A DNA stretch of 47,250 nucleotides from contig BQXS01013841.1 in NCBI GenBank assembly GCA_024181965.1, positions 1 through 47,250 on the forward strand, given 5' to 3'. The notes beneath the pieces are model-generated. The model did no database searches. It had not been told where the DNA came from and saw only the letters and a list, made by a program, of their open reading frames with translations. This document shows positions 1 through 13,700 of this stretch, one piece after another. The first letter of the stretch is position 1. Each line of letters begins with the position of its first letter. Made by a program: the position numbers and the translations under genes. The DNA is from Aduncisulcus paluster. Its lineage: Eukaryota.

Positions 1-1126
1 GGAGCAGATCATGGATAATGGCTAAGAAGGCTTCAGTTTGGGAGGAAACACTCGGAATTGACTTTGGAATTTCCTTGTCGACTGGACTCAAAGTCATAGA
101 AAATGATGAAGACAACAATGGCTTTTTGTAGCGTGATTTCTTGTTCGTTTTATGAGATTTTCCAAATTTAACGGCCATTTCGAGTTCCCTATGGAAGTCG
201 ATCATTGGGGTCGAGAAAAGTTTCTCAAAATCTAAATTAATAATATAACTGAGTGACAATGGAAGTTCGCCAGAAGAAGGGGAAAGTTGCGAGTAGCATA
301 TATGAGGGTTTGGATTATACTTGTGGCATAATACAAACAAACAAATAAATAAAGCAGTTGGAGCCGACGTATCAATCAGATTTCTAAGCTTAATAACTGA
401 CCGGGTCAACTCACAATAAAAAAGGTCGACTAAAGTGTTAGATCGTGAACAAAGGGTTGAAATATATGAACATTTATATGTAAACAGAATTAATAGGGAA
501 GCTAATCCCAAAATAGTGGTTTTATGAAGAAAATGAAACGCTTTGTCGGCCTGCTCGTGGATCATATCGCTTAATTCCAAAGACAAGATGGATTTATCAA
601 TAATATCTTTAGATTGCCCATATTTTGTCCATAAATCTGGTAAATGGAGAATATCTTCAATCATCGAGAGAATTGAAGATATTTGACCCTCTTCTTCTCC
701 AAAATCAATATAGCGCAATAAAAACGATTTAAATACTTCACAGGACTTATCACATTTCCGAATAATCTTATTAAATTCACATCCAAGTTCTACAGCATCT
801 CTTAATCGCTCATATACTTGAACTCCACGAGTGAATCGCTTTTTCAAATAAATTGCTCTTAAAGGCCCATTTAATAAATCTTTTTCTCCCTTTGATATCT
901 TTGAAACAATTGAAGTCAACTCAATTCGAAGAGTATAAATCAAAACATCTAGATGACCAAGTTCTCCGGTACACTCAAATAAAGTGGGATAAATTTGTTG
1001 AGATAAGACACTAATATCATCTTTGATGAGTTCTACTTCTGATGTAATTTCTTTTAACTTCGAATCTATGAATGCAATTTCTGCAGTTGGATTGTCAGAG
1101 TGATTAATACTAGGATCATAAGACAT
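1..1126 (-). CDS. Hypothetical protein, 3'-truncated by the window edge (at least 375 aa; MSYDPSINHSDNPTAEIAFIDSKLKEITSEVELIKDD...)
   Basis: Hand translation of the minus strand from ATG at 1126 gives an uninterrupted frame to position 2. It is missing from the ORF track because no stop falls in the window. No family recognised. Confidence 0.8.
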   Translation of the reverse strand, partial: MSYDPSINHSDNPTAEIAFIDSKLKEITSEVELIKDDISVLSQQIYPTLFECTGELGHLDVLIYTLRIELTSIVSKISKGEKDLLNGPLRAIYLKKRFTRGVQVYERLRDAVELGCEFNKIIRKCDKSCEVFKSFLLRYIDFGEEEGQISSILSMIEDILHLPDLWTKYGQSKDIIDKSILSLELSDMIHEQADKAFHFLHKTTILGLASLLILFTYKCSYISTLCSRSNTLVDLFYCELTRSVIKLRNLIDTSAPTALFICLFVLCHKYNPNPHICYSQLSPSSGELPLSLSYIINLDFEKLFSTPMIDFHRELEMAVKFGKSHKTNKKSRYKKPLLSSSFSMTLSPVDKEIPKSIPSVSSQTEAFLAIIHDLL

Positions 1127-1472
1127 GATTTAAAATATGTTTTTCTATATAATATTAAACTAATTAACTGAATATGTGAACAAAATGGTGAGGATGGACT
1201 GACAACCAGAATCAGCACGATAATACAAATCCATAACTTATTAAATTGAAAAAGAAGATAGTATTCATTTGATAAATTACATTATTTTCGACATATCTTG
1301 AATGACATGCGGAATTGAGTTTTCGGGTTTCATTTTTGACCAGAAATAGTATGTATCTCCCTATTTTTCAGCCAATATTTTATCTTTTCATCATATGGAA
1401 CTCACTTCTTAATTTATATTGCTTTGTCCTTTGTTATGTTTAGTTTTTGAATGAAAATCCTATCCTAGATTA

Positions 1473-3185
1473 ATGGAACCCGTTGTATTATTAAATTATT
1501 CGCCCAAAAAGGTACCCACTGTGGTAAAAAGAAAAGTTATTTCATATTTTTCGTCAACTGATCTAAAAAAGCGCCCTGCATCAGCTGACATCAGATATTC
1601 ATCAAATATTGTAAAACGCCCCGATTTACAGGGTCAAAATGTTGTTATTCCTCCGACTCGTCGATATGGCAGTGGTGAAGGAAGTGAATCGTCTTCTCCA
1701 AGTGGTGACGACAGCGATAGTTTTATTACCTTGCCTGGAAAAACGTTAGATAAAGGCGAAATCAAACCAATATCCAAAAGATTCTTTAGAACTAGACCTC
1801 TTTCGGCCTCTCATTTCCCTCTTGTTGATGTAAAAATTGATGGTCTGATTCGTCGCAAAGAAGAGAAGAAACTTGCCAAAAAGCTTAAGGCTCACCCATC
1901 ACAATACGATTTATTATCACATAAATTCTCGAAAGCTGATTCTGAGATGAAATCCCACCATAACAAAGTGAGACGCTTTCCCCCATCCTCCCATGAAATG
2001 GCTCAAGAGACTCCCTTGTCCCCTGATGCTGCTGTTCAAACACGCAGACAGATTGTGGCACAATTAAAGAGAGAAGAAGAGGAGAAAATGAGAAAATCGA
2101 CACGGAAAAAGGAAAAACGGCGGAAGAAAAAGATGTTAAAAGAGAAAGAAGCGCAACAAAAAGAATTGGCAAAAGAATTATTCCCATCATATCACCACAT
2201 TGAAGAATCGCCTGGTGAAGAATCTCATACGACTATTCAACGTCATCTTGTTCCACCATTCAAACCTTCTCATTTTGAACATGAGAAACAAAAAGTAGGG
2301 TATTACACCCCATTTATATATAGCATGGATGATAAAGGGGCACAAGATACTCCCTTGTCATCCCGGACATTATCACCTGTTCCTAAATTATCCACACTTT
2401 CTCATGATCCATTTTTAGCTTTGTCCAGAAGTCATCTTGATGGAACCCAATATATGAAACAAAGACATGCCCCACATTCTTATGGAGCAATACACGGAGC
2501 AGGAGCTGAAGGAGAAGAAGATGAAAGAGAAGTAGAAGAAGAAGAAGGAGAAGAGCAAGAAGAAGGAGAAGAAGATGAATTGATGAGAGAACGGAGACCA
2601 TACTTATTGAGTCCAACACAACATCTCCATTTCTCCCAGGAAGGTGCATTACAATCGTTCACATCATCCTCTGTGTCACTCAGTCCGCCTACTCAGAGTA
2701 GTCGAGTGATTGTGTCGAGCAGTCGTTTCTTGGTTGGTCATAAAAGACACCAGAAAAGTATATCGAATGCAAGGCAAAGACGACCACAAAGTGCAGGCAC
2801 AGCCCGAATGATATCAGGAATGAGACGTCTCGATGCCCCACTTCGGCTTGGGCATTATGGCACTGGTGCTGGTGATAGGTATGGAGAAGAATACTATTCA
2901 CAGGGTGCTGATATCACTCTCAGTGGGGTTGGAAACAACTCAAGACAGAGAGAGCGTGTGAGAATGATGCGCAGCGTTAGTAATGGAAGGGTCAGTGGGG
3001 CTGGAATGGGCAGAGGATCGTGGAATCGTCCAAGGTCGAGTACATCATTCAGATCGAGTGGAAGAAGAAGCGAGAGTGTTGATACATCTCAAGAGAGGTA
3101 TTATCATATGCATACAACTTATTCAAAACCTAAACCAATCAAACCTAAGCCTTTTTCTCTATCGTCGAGGAAACAAGAAAAATAA
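1473..3185 (+). CDS. Hypothetical low-complexity, basic/Ser/Glu-rich protein (570 aa)
   Basis: Long ORF between AT-rich spacers, largely disordered-looking, with a Lys/Arg-rich NLS-like run (RKKEKRRKKK). Possible 5'-UTR intron at 1349-1468 (GTATGT...TCCTAG). Confidence 0.75.
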   Translation: MEPVVLLNYSPKKVPTVVKRKVISYFSSTDLKKRPASADIRYSSNIVKRPDLQGQNVVIPPTRRYGSGEGSESSSPSGDDSDSFITLPGKTLDKGEIKPISKRFFRTRPLSASHFPLVDVKIDGLIRRKEEKKLAKKLKAHPSQYDLLSHKFSKADSEMKSHHNKVRRFPPSSHEMAQETPLSPDAAVQTRRQIVAQLKREEEEKMRKSTRKKEKRRKKKMLKEKEAQQKELAKELFPSYHHIEESPGEESHTTIQRHLVPPFKPSHFEHEKQKVGYYTPFIYSMDDKGAQDTPLSSRTLSPVPKLSTLSHDPFLALSRSHLDGTQYMKQRHAPHSYGAIHGAGAEGEEDEREVEEEEGEEQEEGEEDELMRERRPYLLSPTQHLHFSQEGALQSFTSSSVSLSPPTQSSRVIVSSSRFLVGHKRHQKSISNARQRRPQSAGTARMISGMRRLDAPLRLGHYGTGAGDRYGEEYYSQGADITLSGVGNNSRQRERVRMMRSVSNGRVSGAGMGRGSWNRPRSSTSFRSSGRRSESVDTSQERYYHMHTTYSKPKPIKPKPFSLSSRKQEK

Positions 3186-3458
3186 AGATTTTGACTGTAA
3201 TAATTTAGAGTTCTAATGGAATTGATTGGCTTAATGAAATTAATGTGAATATTAATTATCAATTCCGGAGAGTATAGATAATGAGCTTTTATATCATGAA
3301 TTACAACTATTCAAAGCAATATGTCGAATTATATCAGTTTAATCTATATAATTATGTTTATTTCATAAGAGTTTACTTTGAAACGCTGCTTAATTTTTGA
3401 CGATTTTTCAAAGGATCGCGTTTTCTTTGAAACATGAAATTAAATTAGATTGCCAAAG

Positions 3459-6400
3459 ATGAATATGGTATGTTTACTTAAATATGTTATCAAATTATTC
3501 ATTAATTATTCGTAGTTTTGTGTTAACCCTATCATTTCATTTATTCTCGTTGTATTTTCGAATCTATGATGATAATCGTGTTTTTATTGATTAATATTTC
3601 AATTTATATATTATATCATTCTTAATATTAGAATTTATTTAGGCAATTTTGCTTTATAGCACCGGAAGTTGTTACAAAGAACAATCACATTACATCAATG
3701 ATACACGCAAAGAAAAGGAATACAATATACGCCGGTTTAAAAGATGGATCCATTATTTCATGGGTTAGTCCTAAACCTTTTCATGAGTATGCACCAGGAA
3801 CTGTTTTCGACAAACCTTTCCTTCTTTCGAATGCAGCCCATAGGAAATTAAGCATTAGAGATAAATCAAAGATACATACATCAACATATCAAATTAGTGA
3901 AGCTGAAAAAGAACATATTCGCGAAGATTTCAATACATTAACTGTGTCTCCAGGTGCCCACCATGGTGCTATTCATGATATGTGTCTTCTTGGCCCTGGA
4001 TTTACTAAAGGATCATCAGTTACACCACCACGTTATCTTTTAACATCTTCTGCTGACCATACTCTCAAGATGTGGGACCTTTCTCCAAATGAACCCACAT
4101 CAATGATATCTGACACTCCAATGTCCACAATATCATCTTCAGGTTCAGGCGCCTCCTCGTTTCTCTCATCCACGTCAATATCATCCTCTATTTTGAACCC
4201 TCTCATTTCTTCTGGCCCCACTTCAACATCTTCTCCCAAGCACAATATTCAGCTCTTACAGACCCTTCGAGGTCACGTGAGAAGTGTTGTCCGTGTTGTA
4301 TCCACGACATCTATCGCTGTATCATGCTCTCTTGATGGAACAGTTCGTGTATGGACAACATATTCGACAACCAGCATGAATCATCCATTCTTGTTCTGTA
4401 TCCAAACCCTCTCCGTGCCTCTCGAAGCTGCTCCTCTCTCCGTGTGCATGATGTCCAAGGGAGTTGTAGCTGGTGACCTCGTAGTGGGAGATGCGGCCGG
4501 TTGCATGGTCAGTTACAAGGCCACAGGATTTCTATATACAGAGGTGAGTAAGATTCGAGAAATTGGAAGGAAAGCCCTGAAGAAAGAACTTGAAAGCATA
4601 AAGATCCCAACCTCAAAAGACCCCAGAGCAAGGAGGCATCATCCACCAAGAAAATATGATGGTTCAACGCCTTCAATATCTGTTTCTCATGAACAACATT
4701 CAACCGGTAAACAATCGTCCAAAACCGGTTCCCATGGAGTAAGTTTTGCCTTCGATGGAGAGGATGCTGAATATGGTGAGGATGGAGAGCATAAGGAATT
4801 GTCTCCATCTCTTGTATCGCGACTCGCTGCAAGCCCTTCTTTGGGTTCTCACTCTTTGAGGAAAATTGATGGAAGCTCTGCTCCCACTGTTTCTTCTCTA
4901 AATCGGGGTGGAGATATCGGTATCATTGAAAGCAAAGAAGTTATTCAGAATTATAAAGTCAGTATTGGCACTTTGAAAAGTCAAATTCTGGCCGAAGAAG
5001 CGCAGGTAGAAGCCGGTCTAATCGAAGGTGTTTCCGGTAAGATTAGGAAGAAGATGTGGAATGTGTCAGGAAGTGGGTATGGAAAGAAACAACACGAAGG
5101 AACCTCTGGATTGAGCCGTTCCCTCTCATCAGTTTCTACGGTTTCTACCGGTTCTTCTACCGGTTCCCATTATCTCTCTACTCCATCAACCAATGCTTCA
5201 TTCACTCATATCACCAAAGATCCATCATCTGTCGAGGTATTTGAAGTTAATTTTAAACGCCATTTCCATAAATTAGGCATTAAACATTTATATTATTCCC
5301 CGAATGATAGTGTTTTGTTCTCTTCTGGTCATGATTGGAGTGTAAAAGTGACTGGAGAAGGCGGTAAAACCCTGATATATACTCATAAACATGAAGAGGA
5401 AGGCCATGTTGTAGGATGTGTTGCTGACACAAAGGGGAGGGCAATTGTTGTCGATTCAATTGGTAATTGTGTTATCCTTGACACTGTTACCGGTAGAAAT
5501 ATCGGTTCAACGCTATTACCGAATACCGTCCCGGTTTCGTCCGGTATTTTACCGGAACATAGCGATGATGTAAATTTGAGGAATATTAGCATTATGGAGA
5601 AGAGTGAGAAAGAAACCTTCATGTCGCTTGAGAGTGATAAAAAGCTTGGATACATAAGAGATGAACTTGGATGGGTGAAAGGAACGAGGACTGCTGCAAA
5701 GAAAGTTCTCAGTCTCTCTGATTCTGGAAGATCCAAAGAGGAACGTCTTAAGATGGCGAAAGTTCACAGAATTCAAAGAGAAACTGCACAGTCGATATTG
5801 TTGAAAGAGCTTGTAGATCGCTCCAAATCTGATTCTTTCTCATCTCTCGCCGCCTCGAGTCTTATGACGGTGAACGAAACGGCGACTATGAGAGTGATGT
5901 CTCAGAACATTTTAAACATATTACTCGATGGCAGCACCGAAGAAGGGGAAAGTTTGGGGATTGTCATGGTAAAAGAGCATTGCATTGAGGGATATTGTAT
6001 GAGTATTGGAGGCTATAACGCTTCGATAAATTCTTTGACAGCCATCGTCGGTGTGGGAATACTCGAGGAAGGAAGTAATGATAAACCTTACATTCATCTT
6101 CTAAAAATAGATAAACATGACACCGATTCTGCTTCTGAGAAAGATACCATCGGTGAGACTGGAAAAGATGGAATTGAGAAAGACAAAGAAGAAATATTGA
6201 AAAGTGTTGAGAAAGATGAAGGAGAAAAAGGTCACCAACAGTCAAGAAGTCAAAAAGAGGAAGAACTAACATCACCATCCAATACTACAGCTATTGGCAA
6301 GCATCCATTGTCGAAATCCACAAGGGCACCATCCTTTTTGCCTTCTATTAAGTCTGGGAATAACCACACAAATTCCAAAAAACACCATAAGAAAAAGTCT

Positions 6401-9400
6401 CATAAAATGCACCATTCCAATTCAAAAGAGATGGGAGTAGAAGGTGGCTCTGAAGATGAATATATTCCTGCTTCTTTGAAGAAACTGATGAAAGTAAGAG
6501 ATGGAGCAAGTGCATTGGGGAAATATTTTAAATATGACGATCCTGAATATGATGCAGAGTTGGCAGAACACGATCATTTATCAGTATCGAGATCTGGAAG
6601 TCAAAGCAAAACCACCGGTGGAATTACCGGTAGTGTTACCGATTCGTCTCATTCTGATGTTTCTCTCAAAGATATTACATCTGCCATGGACAGTATTCCA
6701 TTGGATCGAGAAGATATTCTTCGAGCTCCACATCGGAACAAGTTACCCGGCCAAGATTCATTGAAGAAACGAAGAAGAAGAAAAGCTGAAAGTGCTCTGG
6801 AAAGGCGTGAACGTGAAGCTCAAGATCGGCTATCTCAGTACATATCGCTTCGATTGACACAAAGCCGAGCTGAAGGTAAGTTGCGAGGTCGTTCACGTTA
6901 TCATAATCCCCGATCAAAAGACGGTTCGATGCTTTTCTTCTCATTTGACCAATCAAATCAAAAACCCAGCAAGCTTCGGCCCAGTCAGATATCGCAACAC
7001 AAAAAATTAAAGCCGCTTTTGGACGGTAAAACTACCGGTGGAACCGATGATGAAGTGAATGAGAGTCAAGAAAGAGAAAGAGGAGATGAACTCCCAAAGG
7101 TGTCTCCAACATTGATATCTTCCGTTTTGATGAGACAACGCCGTCACAACGAACGGTTGACCCAGTTGGGAGCGAAGAGAGTTCAAGTTGGTGACAAACG
7201 CCTTGATCCCATTGAACGTCAAGGCGTGGAACTTGGAGAGTTTAGTGCAACTGCTCTGATTAGAGGAGAAATGAAAAATGACGCTGAAACAACTAAATAT
7301 CACAGGTATTTACTCAATCGAGCCATGAAACGTGGAAAGTCTGTATTTACTGAAAACGAAGGCGGAGCGAATAGCGGTGAAGAGTTTTCCCTTGCTTCGG
7401 TCTCAAATAGTCAATCAGGTGTCTCACAATCGTATGATTTCGATGCTGGATCCTCCAAAAAAGTTCAGAATTCGCCATACTTGAAACGCCTTGAGAATGA
7501 AGTTATTGTGAGTTGCCAACGTAATGGAACCATTCAGAAACACCAACTTTCAACATCTACAACTCTGAGTGTATCTCGTTTTATTCCTCCCCAGTCACCT
7601 CTCACTGTTACAAGCTTTGTATGTGGTGTCAGTATATCAGATTTTTCATATGGGCGTAATTCTTTGTGTTCCTTAGGTCTTGATAATGGTCTTGTATGTG
7701 TTTTGAGCCCTGATCTTCGATTATTGCGGCCCTTGATTGCTCCTCCAAAGAAGATGGAGAAAAGGAAACGATTGAGACCATCCCTGTCGATGACTTCAAG
7801 CAAATCAAAGCTTGGGTTTGGAAAGAAGAAGAGTTCATCCAAGATAGGGAAAACTCCCTCCTCTGGTTCATCTTCATTGTCTTCTGGAAGCAGTTCCGAT
7901 GAGACATCTCGTATCTCGATGCCGGTTCCTCATACCTCAGCCGTCGTTGCAACCGGTTCTTGTCTGTGTCGTGGTGTCAAAGGTGTGTTTAGTGCCGGTG
8001 AAGATGGTACCGTGTGTGTTTGGAGACCATATGAACTGAGCATTTCTGAAGGTGAAGACAGGAAAACTTCCCGCAAGAAAGAGAAAGAGCTCACAGATAT
8101 TGAAGAACAAATGGAAGAAGAGAGGCAGAAGAAGAAGGATCTGAGTGGCCCAATGTATATTTCTGCTAACGCTGGCTCTGGATCAACAGATCCCGTGTCT
8201 GTCCAGGCTCTGATAACATCTTTCATTGGTCATGATTATAAGGTCCTTGCACCAACAATAGGAAGCGTGGAAGCTTTCGACATTCCCCTCCAAGATGGCG
8301 AGTTGTTAGTCAATGGAGCGTATGATTTCGGCTGTAATTTGTATGTTTTCGCCACTCAACGACGTATATTGATGGTTAACAATACAGGGAATGTGTACAC
8401 TCAATTCTCACAAGGAGAAGCTCTCACTGCCAACGTTACAGTTTATGGAAGTGCCACGGAGAGGAGTCTTCGGAATGTCGGCTCAAGTTCCTCTCTATCT
8501 GCGAGTCGATCCTCTTTGAATCTTGGGAACACCGCTTCGAAGATACCGTTACCAGGGAGTGCAACTGGATTTACAAAGAAAGGGGATTCTGGAAACAAAC
8601 ATGTCGCTTCACGTGTTCGCTTCGTTTCTGATCAGCAGGAACAAGGCAATGCTGAGCATGTCAGCAAGAAACCTCTTATTCAACCGTCTTCATCTTCTGA
8701 TTCTGGTTCTGGTTCTGGTTCAACGTTACTCCGGCGTTCTTCGACCAAACTGATTGTATATCCTCCCATTTATGAACAAAATGATATTCCTCCCGGCACT
8801 GAGAAGACCATTCAGTATATCCAGCAAATATTCCCACTATTCTATCTTGTTCTTTTCACCGATGGGTCTATTTATATCTATGTTATCATTGATAAGATAT
8901 TTGAGTGCATTTCCATGTACAATCAGCGTCATTGGCATCGAAGCTTGATTGTATCCGCAACGACTCAACAAATCAACATTCCACCCGATTCTCTTGCTCT
9001 TCCGCCTCACTCTCATATCAGAGCAATGAGAATGGATGCTCTACGTGCTCAGGGTCACTACATCGAGAGAGAGAAAGTGCGGATGAAGAAAAGAGAAGAG
9101 GCAAGAGATCGAAAGGAGAAACAGAGACAGATTAAAGAAGCCCAAGAAGCGAGGACAAAGTTGGCCATCCAGCAACGCACCAGAACAATTAGTGGTAGTG
9201 TCCCCAACTCTTCTAGCACTTCTTCATCCTCAACTTCTTCCTCCTCTTCTTCCTCCTCTTCCTCCTCCTCTTCCTCCTCTTCCTCTACCTCCTCTTCTTC
9301 CTCCTCTTCCTCCTCTTCCTCTACCTCCACTCATCCTTCCTCTTCAATGATGTCTTCTGTAGTCTCAAGCTCCCTCACATCTGCCCGTTCGTCTGTGCCA

Positions 9401-10279
9401 GATGCCCTTGCACCCTTACATAGCCCAGTTCCCAAATATGTGTTCATTTCTGCCTCTTTCAAGGGAGAATTGGCCGCCAAACTCTACAGCAAAGCCACTT
9501 ACAACACTCCAAGTATCACTTCTTCATCATCAGCTATCTCATCCTACCTGGCAATATCTGCATCAAACGCATCGACTGCTCTGTTTGGGAAGAATACTGA
9601 ATCTACTGACGATTTGTCGAGTCTTGAAGGTCCCAAACGACTCAAATCATACAAAACAATGGCATTGTTAGGTTCAGCAACTTCACATCTCATCCCAAAG
9701 CTTCTCTCATCCTCAAATGCCCTGTTCCATTTGAAAGCACATGGACTCGCTGCCCGTTGGTTCCTTTCATTAGCTTCTCTCAACTGCGAGCACATTGCCC
9801 CCGTTTTTATTGTCTTTGAGAGTGGGGAAGTCGTTGTTTGGGACTGGGTCAGTAATGTCGAAGTCCACAGTCGCAAGATGAAGCAACACTCTGTGTGTGT
9901 GAGTCTTGGTGGAGGCGGTGTGATGGGTATTGGAGGATGTGATGGAGGATGGGATATTTCCACCTTTGGACTCAAACAAAGCGATCTCAAAAGAAAGAAG
10001 AAGAAGAAGAAGAAATCACGTGATGGATCGGAAAATGAAGAATCAGAAGGATCTACAGAATTTGATGATTATGACCTTGAAACCGAGCAAACTCGAGAGA
10101 AAGAAAGAGAAACGAGAATTAAAGAACTCCAAATGCGATCTCAGAAATCTAGGAGAGTTTCAACTAAATTCTCACAAAAGATGACCATTTTCCAACAAGA
10201 TCTTTCAATTATCGGATTGTATCGACAAAAAATACTGAAACGTCTCGCTCGAAACAAATTGCTTGGTTGGTTAGACTAA
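3459..10279 (+). CDS. Large WD40-repeat protein with long Ser-rich and charged insertions (~2200 aa); probable exon 1 at 3459-3467, intron at 3468-3631
   Basis: WD40 signatures: HHGAIHDM..LLTSSADHTLKMWD, LRGHVRSV..VSCSLDGTVRVW, LFSSGHDWSVKV, VFSAGEDGTVCVW, GEVVVWD. Splicing ATG AAT ATG|gtatgt...tattag|AAT TTA TTT joins in frame to the ORF at 3698. The 5' model is inferred. Confidence 0.8.
9212..9330 (+). repeat. Coding (TCC/TCT)n microsatellite encoding poly-Ser
   Basis: Visible tcttcctcctct run, giving about 38 Ser/Thr codons in the WD40 ORF. Confidence 0.9.
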
Positions 10280-10722
10280 GTTGGTCAGTACTAAGTCTCA
10301 ATACTTAATTCTACTTAAGTTATTGGTTCTAACGTGTGTATGAGGATCAGACAATGGAATATCAATAAGTATTTGATGCTTTCACTAGTATATACTATAG
10401 CGATCTAGAGATAAAAACAAGATGCAAACTGCACATAAAAAACACATTATATTGATTCAATATGATATTGAACAAGGTTTTATTGAGTTATGATTATCAT
10501 AGATCCATTGATGGATTTTCTGACAAGTTGAATACATTATCATAATTATTTCACAATGTCAATGCATTCACATGTAACATGCCCATTATATTTCTACATA
10601 TTCTGAATTCGTACAAAAAGTCTCTCATCTGTATCGTGGCGAGAGGTTGGATGACACCATGAAATTGATTGATTTGTTTATAAACTTTTGATTATCAAAT
10701 AAATCTAATGATTAGAATCTAT

Positions 10723-13700
10723 TCAAGTAAACATTGCAAATATTCCTTTCTTTAGTTCACCTTTATCCCTTCTCCTCCTCTTCAATTTAGCATATTCTTC
10801 ATCCTTCTCCACAACAAAGAAGCTCTTGAGTCCGCTAATTACTCTATCAACTTCGGAGGAACAGCTGTGCATCAAATCAATGACATTCTTAACCTGATCT
10901 TGCTGAAGACGTCTCTGTTCCTCACTGATAACAGCAGTTGAGCGTTGTTTATGCTTCGACACAAGGGCCAGACGTTTCTGAGCTTCGTGTTCTGCATGTT
11001 TCTTCCATTCTCTCTGGATAACTCTTGCTGCACGTTCCCTCTGTCGTCTTGTTCGACGCTCTTCGGCCCGTTTCTTCTCCTCTCTCCGGCTTTGATCGGC
11101 CAGCCGGAGGACCTCCTGTTTCAAAAGAGCACTTTCAATGGATCTGGCGACATTACTCCGAGTGAGATGCTCAAGAGCACTCTGTTGGCCATTAAGCTGG
11201 TCGCAAGCATCAGAAAGTAATGACAAGGCGAAAGGAACAGAACGATAGGAGAAGGAAAGAAGAGAAATAATCTTGGCCATAATTTTTTCAGGAGGAAGTG
11301 AACTCAATCGATTTGCACCGGATTTTGAACCAGATTCCGTCCTTGGAGAAACTTCAGCAGTATCAGTCAAATCAGTGATAAACTTTACAAGATCGAGAAT
11401 AATACACGAGATTCCTTCTTTGATTCTATTAATAGAAGTCAATGAGAAAGAACTTCTAACAGGGCATACGGGATTAGAGCATACCTTTTCAGTTACCATG
11501 GCAGCATCGGATCTGACTACACGCACACACACATCCGTGACATATTTTGTATCTAATCTCGACCATCCCAACCCTCTTCCTGATGGTAATATTGAGAATG
11601 AGAGCGGAGTGGATGATAATTTGAGGTTTACAGATACATTCGATGAAGAGGAAGAGGAAGAGGAAGAGGAGGAAGATTGTGAGTCACCACGACGAGCTTG
11701 AAGTCGACTTCCTTGCTTCTTTCCACCTTCACTTCCGAGAGCACTCAGATCAATAAGCGAGAGATTCCCGATGGACTGTTCATTGAATAAAGAGTGAACA
11801 GAGAATCCATTTGTGACAGATCTCGTAGGGGTTTCAGAGGGAAGCTTTTGGGATTGTTTCTCAACAACACTAGTAGAATCAACATCTGCTGAGATGCACT
11901 TTGGAAGGGCAGTAAAAACATCATTCAGACATTTTCTAACCATCAAAACATCACGAACGCTGGCGTTCTTATTGCTATTTCGAGACCCTTTGGTGAGATC
12001 CTTATCCAGATCAATTTTAGACTCAAAATCAGTTTGAATATCGGAACCTCTTGCATCTAATTGACCATCTTTATCTGCTTTTTCTCCAACAACCTTTAAT
12101 CCTCCATTTCTCAGACATTCATTTACCAATCCTTGGCTCAAAGTGGACTCGTGATCGTGTGTGTCATCTTTTTTCGGCAATTTACCAAGAGATTTCAGAC
12201 TTTGTTCTAGCATATTTGATACTTTCTCCAGAGTTTCGTTATTGGCCAATAGGGACCAAGATTCTAGAGCTTTTCTGTACGATGCCATATTTGAAACTGA
12301 AAACACATTAGATAACCCAGATGAAGAATGGACTCCAGAATAGGACAAAACAGTCTTTGCCTTGGATATGGGTGAACTTGCAATACCAATCATGGAATCC
12401 TTCTCTTCTTCCTCATCAACACAGTCAGGGCCAACGAGATCAGTCAGTAAATCATCCATGGTAAGATCTTGAGCCCCACTTGTCTTGATAGACATGGTGT
12501 TGGAGGTTGTCATGTTATTCTGACAAGGAGTATCGGATACTATGACACTACTAAGATCTCCATCTTGTTTAACAATAGCTGGAACTCCACGAGCCTTAAT
12601 GTCTGGATCTTGCACGCTGTCAGAATCAGTTCCAGAAGCAGGAGAACTTCCAGAAATAGAAAGAGTCTGAGAAACTTGGGCAGGAGACAAGGGTAGTGTG
12701 AATGATGGATGTGTCATTGGGACACTAGCTTCAGCATTTACGACGGAAGGATTTGACATCAATGCATCAACAAGGGCACCATCCCCACGATCCAAAGCAG
12801 ATCTCTCCAGGATTTCAATTTTCTGCAACAATGGCTCGACCTGAAGAGCAATATCTTCAGCTTCTTCGAGTCTGATCGTTAATCCTTCAAGGTCTGTGAG
12901 AGCACGATCAAGTTCAACACTCAAGACAGTGTTTTCTTCTTCTTTTTCTGCCATTTCCACCTTGATTTGTTTCAGCTCATTTTCTAATCGCTCAAACTCA
13001 CCATTATCATCAGAATAAGATTCTTCCTCTTCCTCTTCCTCTTCCTCTTCCTCTTCCTCTTCCTCTTCCTCTTCCTCTTCTTTTCTTTCTTCTTCTTTTG
13101 AATATCCATCTTGAGGTTTCTTATCACACACTTCTTCTTCTTTCTCGTCCATTTCATGAAATCTTGGAGGTTTGAGAGATGAATAATCAGTAATATCATC
13201 AGAGATTTTAGTATCAACTATTTGCTCGAGTTGAGATACATCCTCTTCTTTCACTTCGTTCGAATTCGAAGCTTTCTCTTCTTCTCCCTTCTCTTTCTTC
13301 TTTCCGTCTTTTCCTTTCTTCTTTCCTTTCTCTTTCTTCTCTTTCTTCTCTTTCTTATCCTTTTTGGAGTGGTGATGAACTCTTCTATGGGAATTTGAAG
13401 TATTGGCGGTAGCTTCTTGCAATTCTCTCTCGAATTCCCGCTCTTTCTCCTCCATTTCTATTCTCAAATCGTTGAGTTCTTGTTCCAACTCTTCAATAAG
13501 TTCTTTGTGCATCTCTAGTTCATCCTCGGCTGCTTCTTTCTTCCTTTCTTCTTGTTCTTTTTCATCTGCCAACTCAATAGCTTTGATACTTTCCCTCTCA
13601 AGTTCACTCACCAGCTCTCCAATACGAGCACTAATGCTCTCCTCGAGATCTTCATTCATTTCCTTGTATTCACCGAGATCTTTCTGAGTTGTCAGTAAGG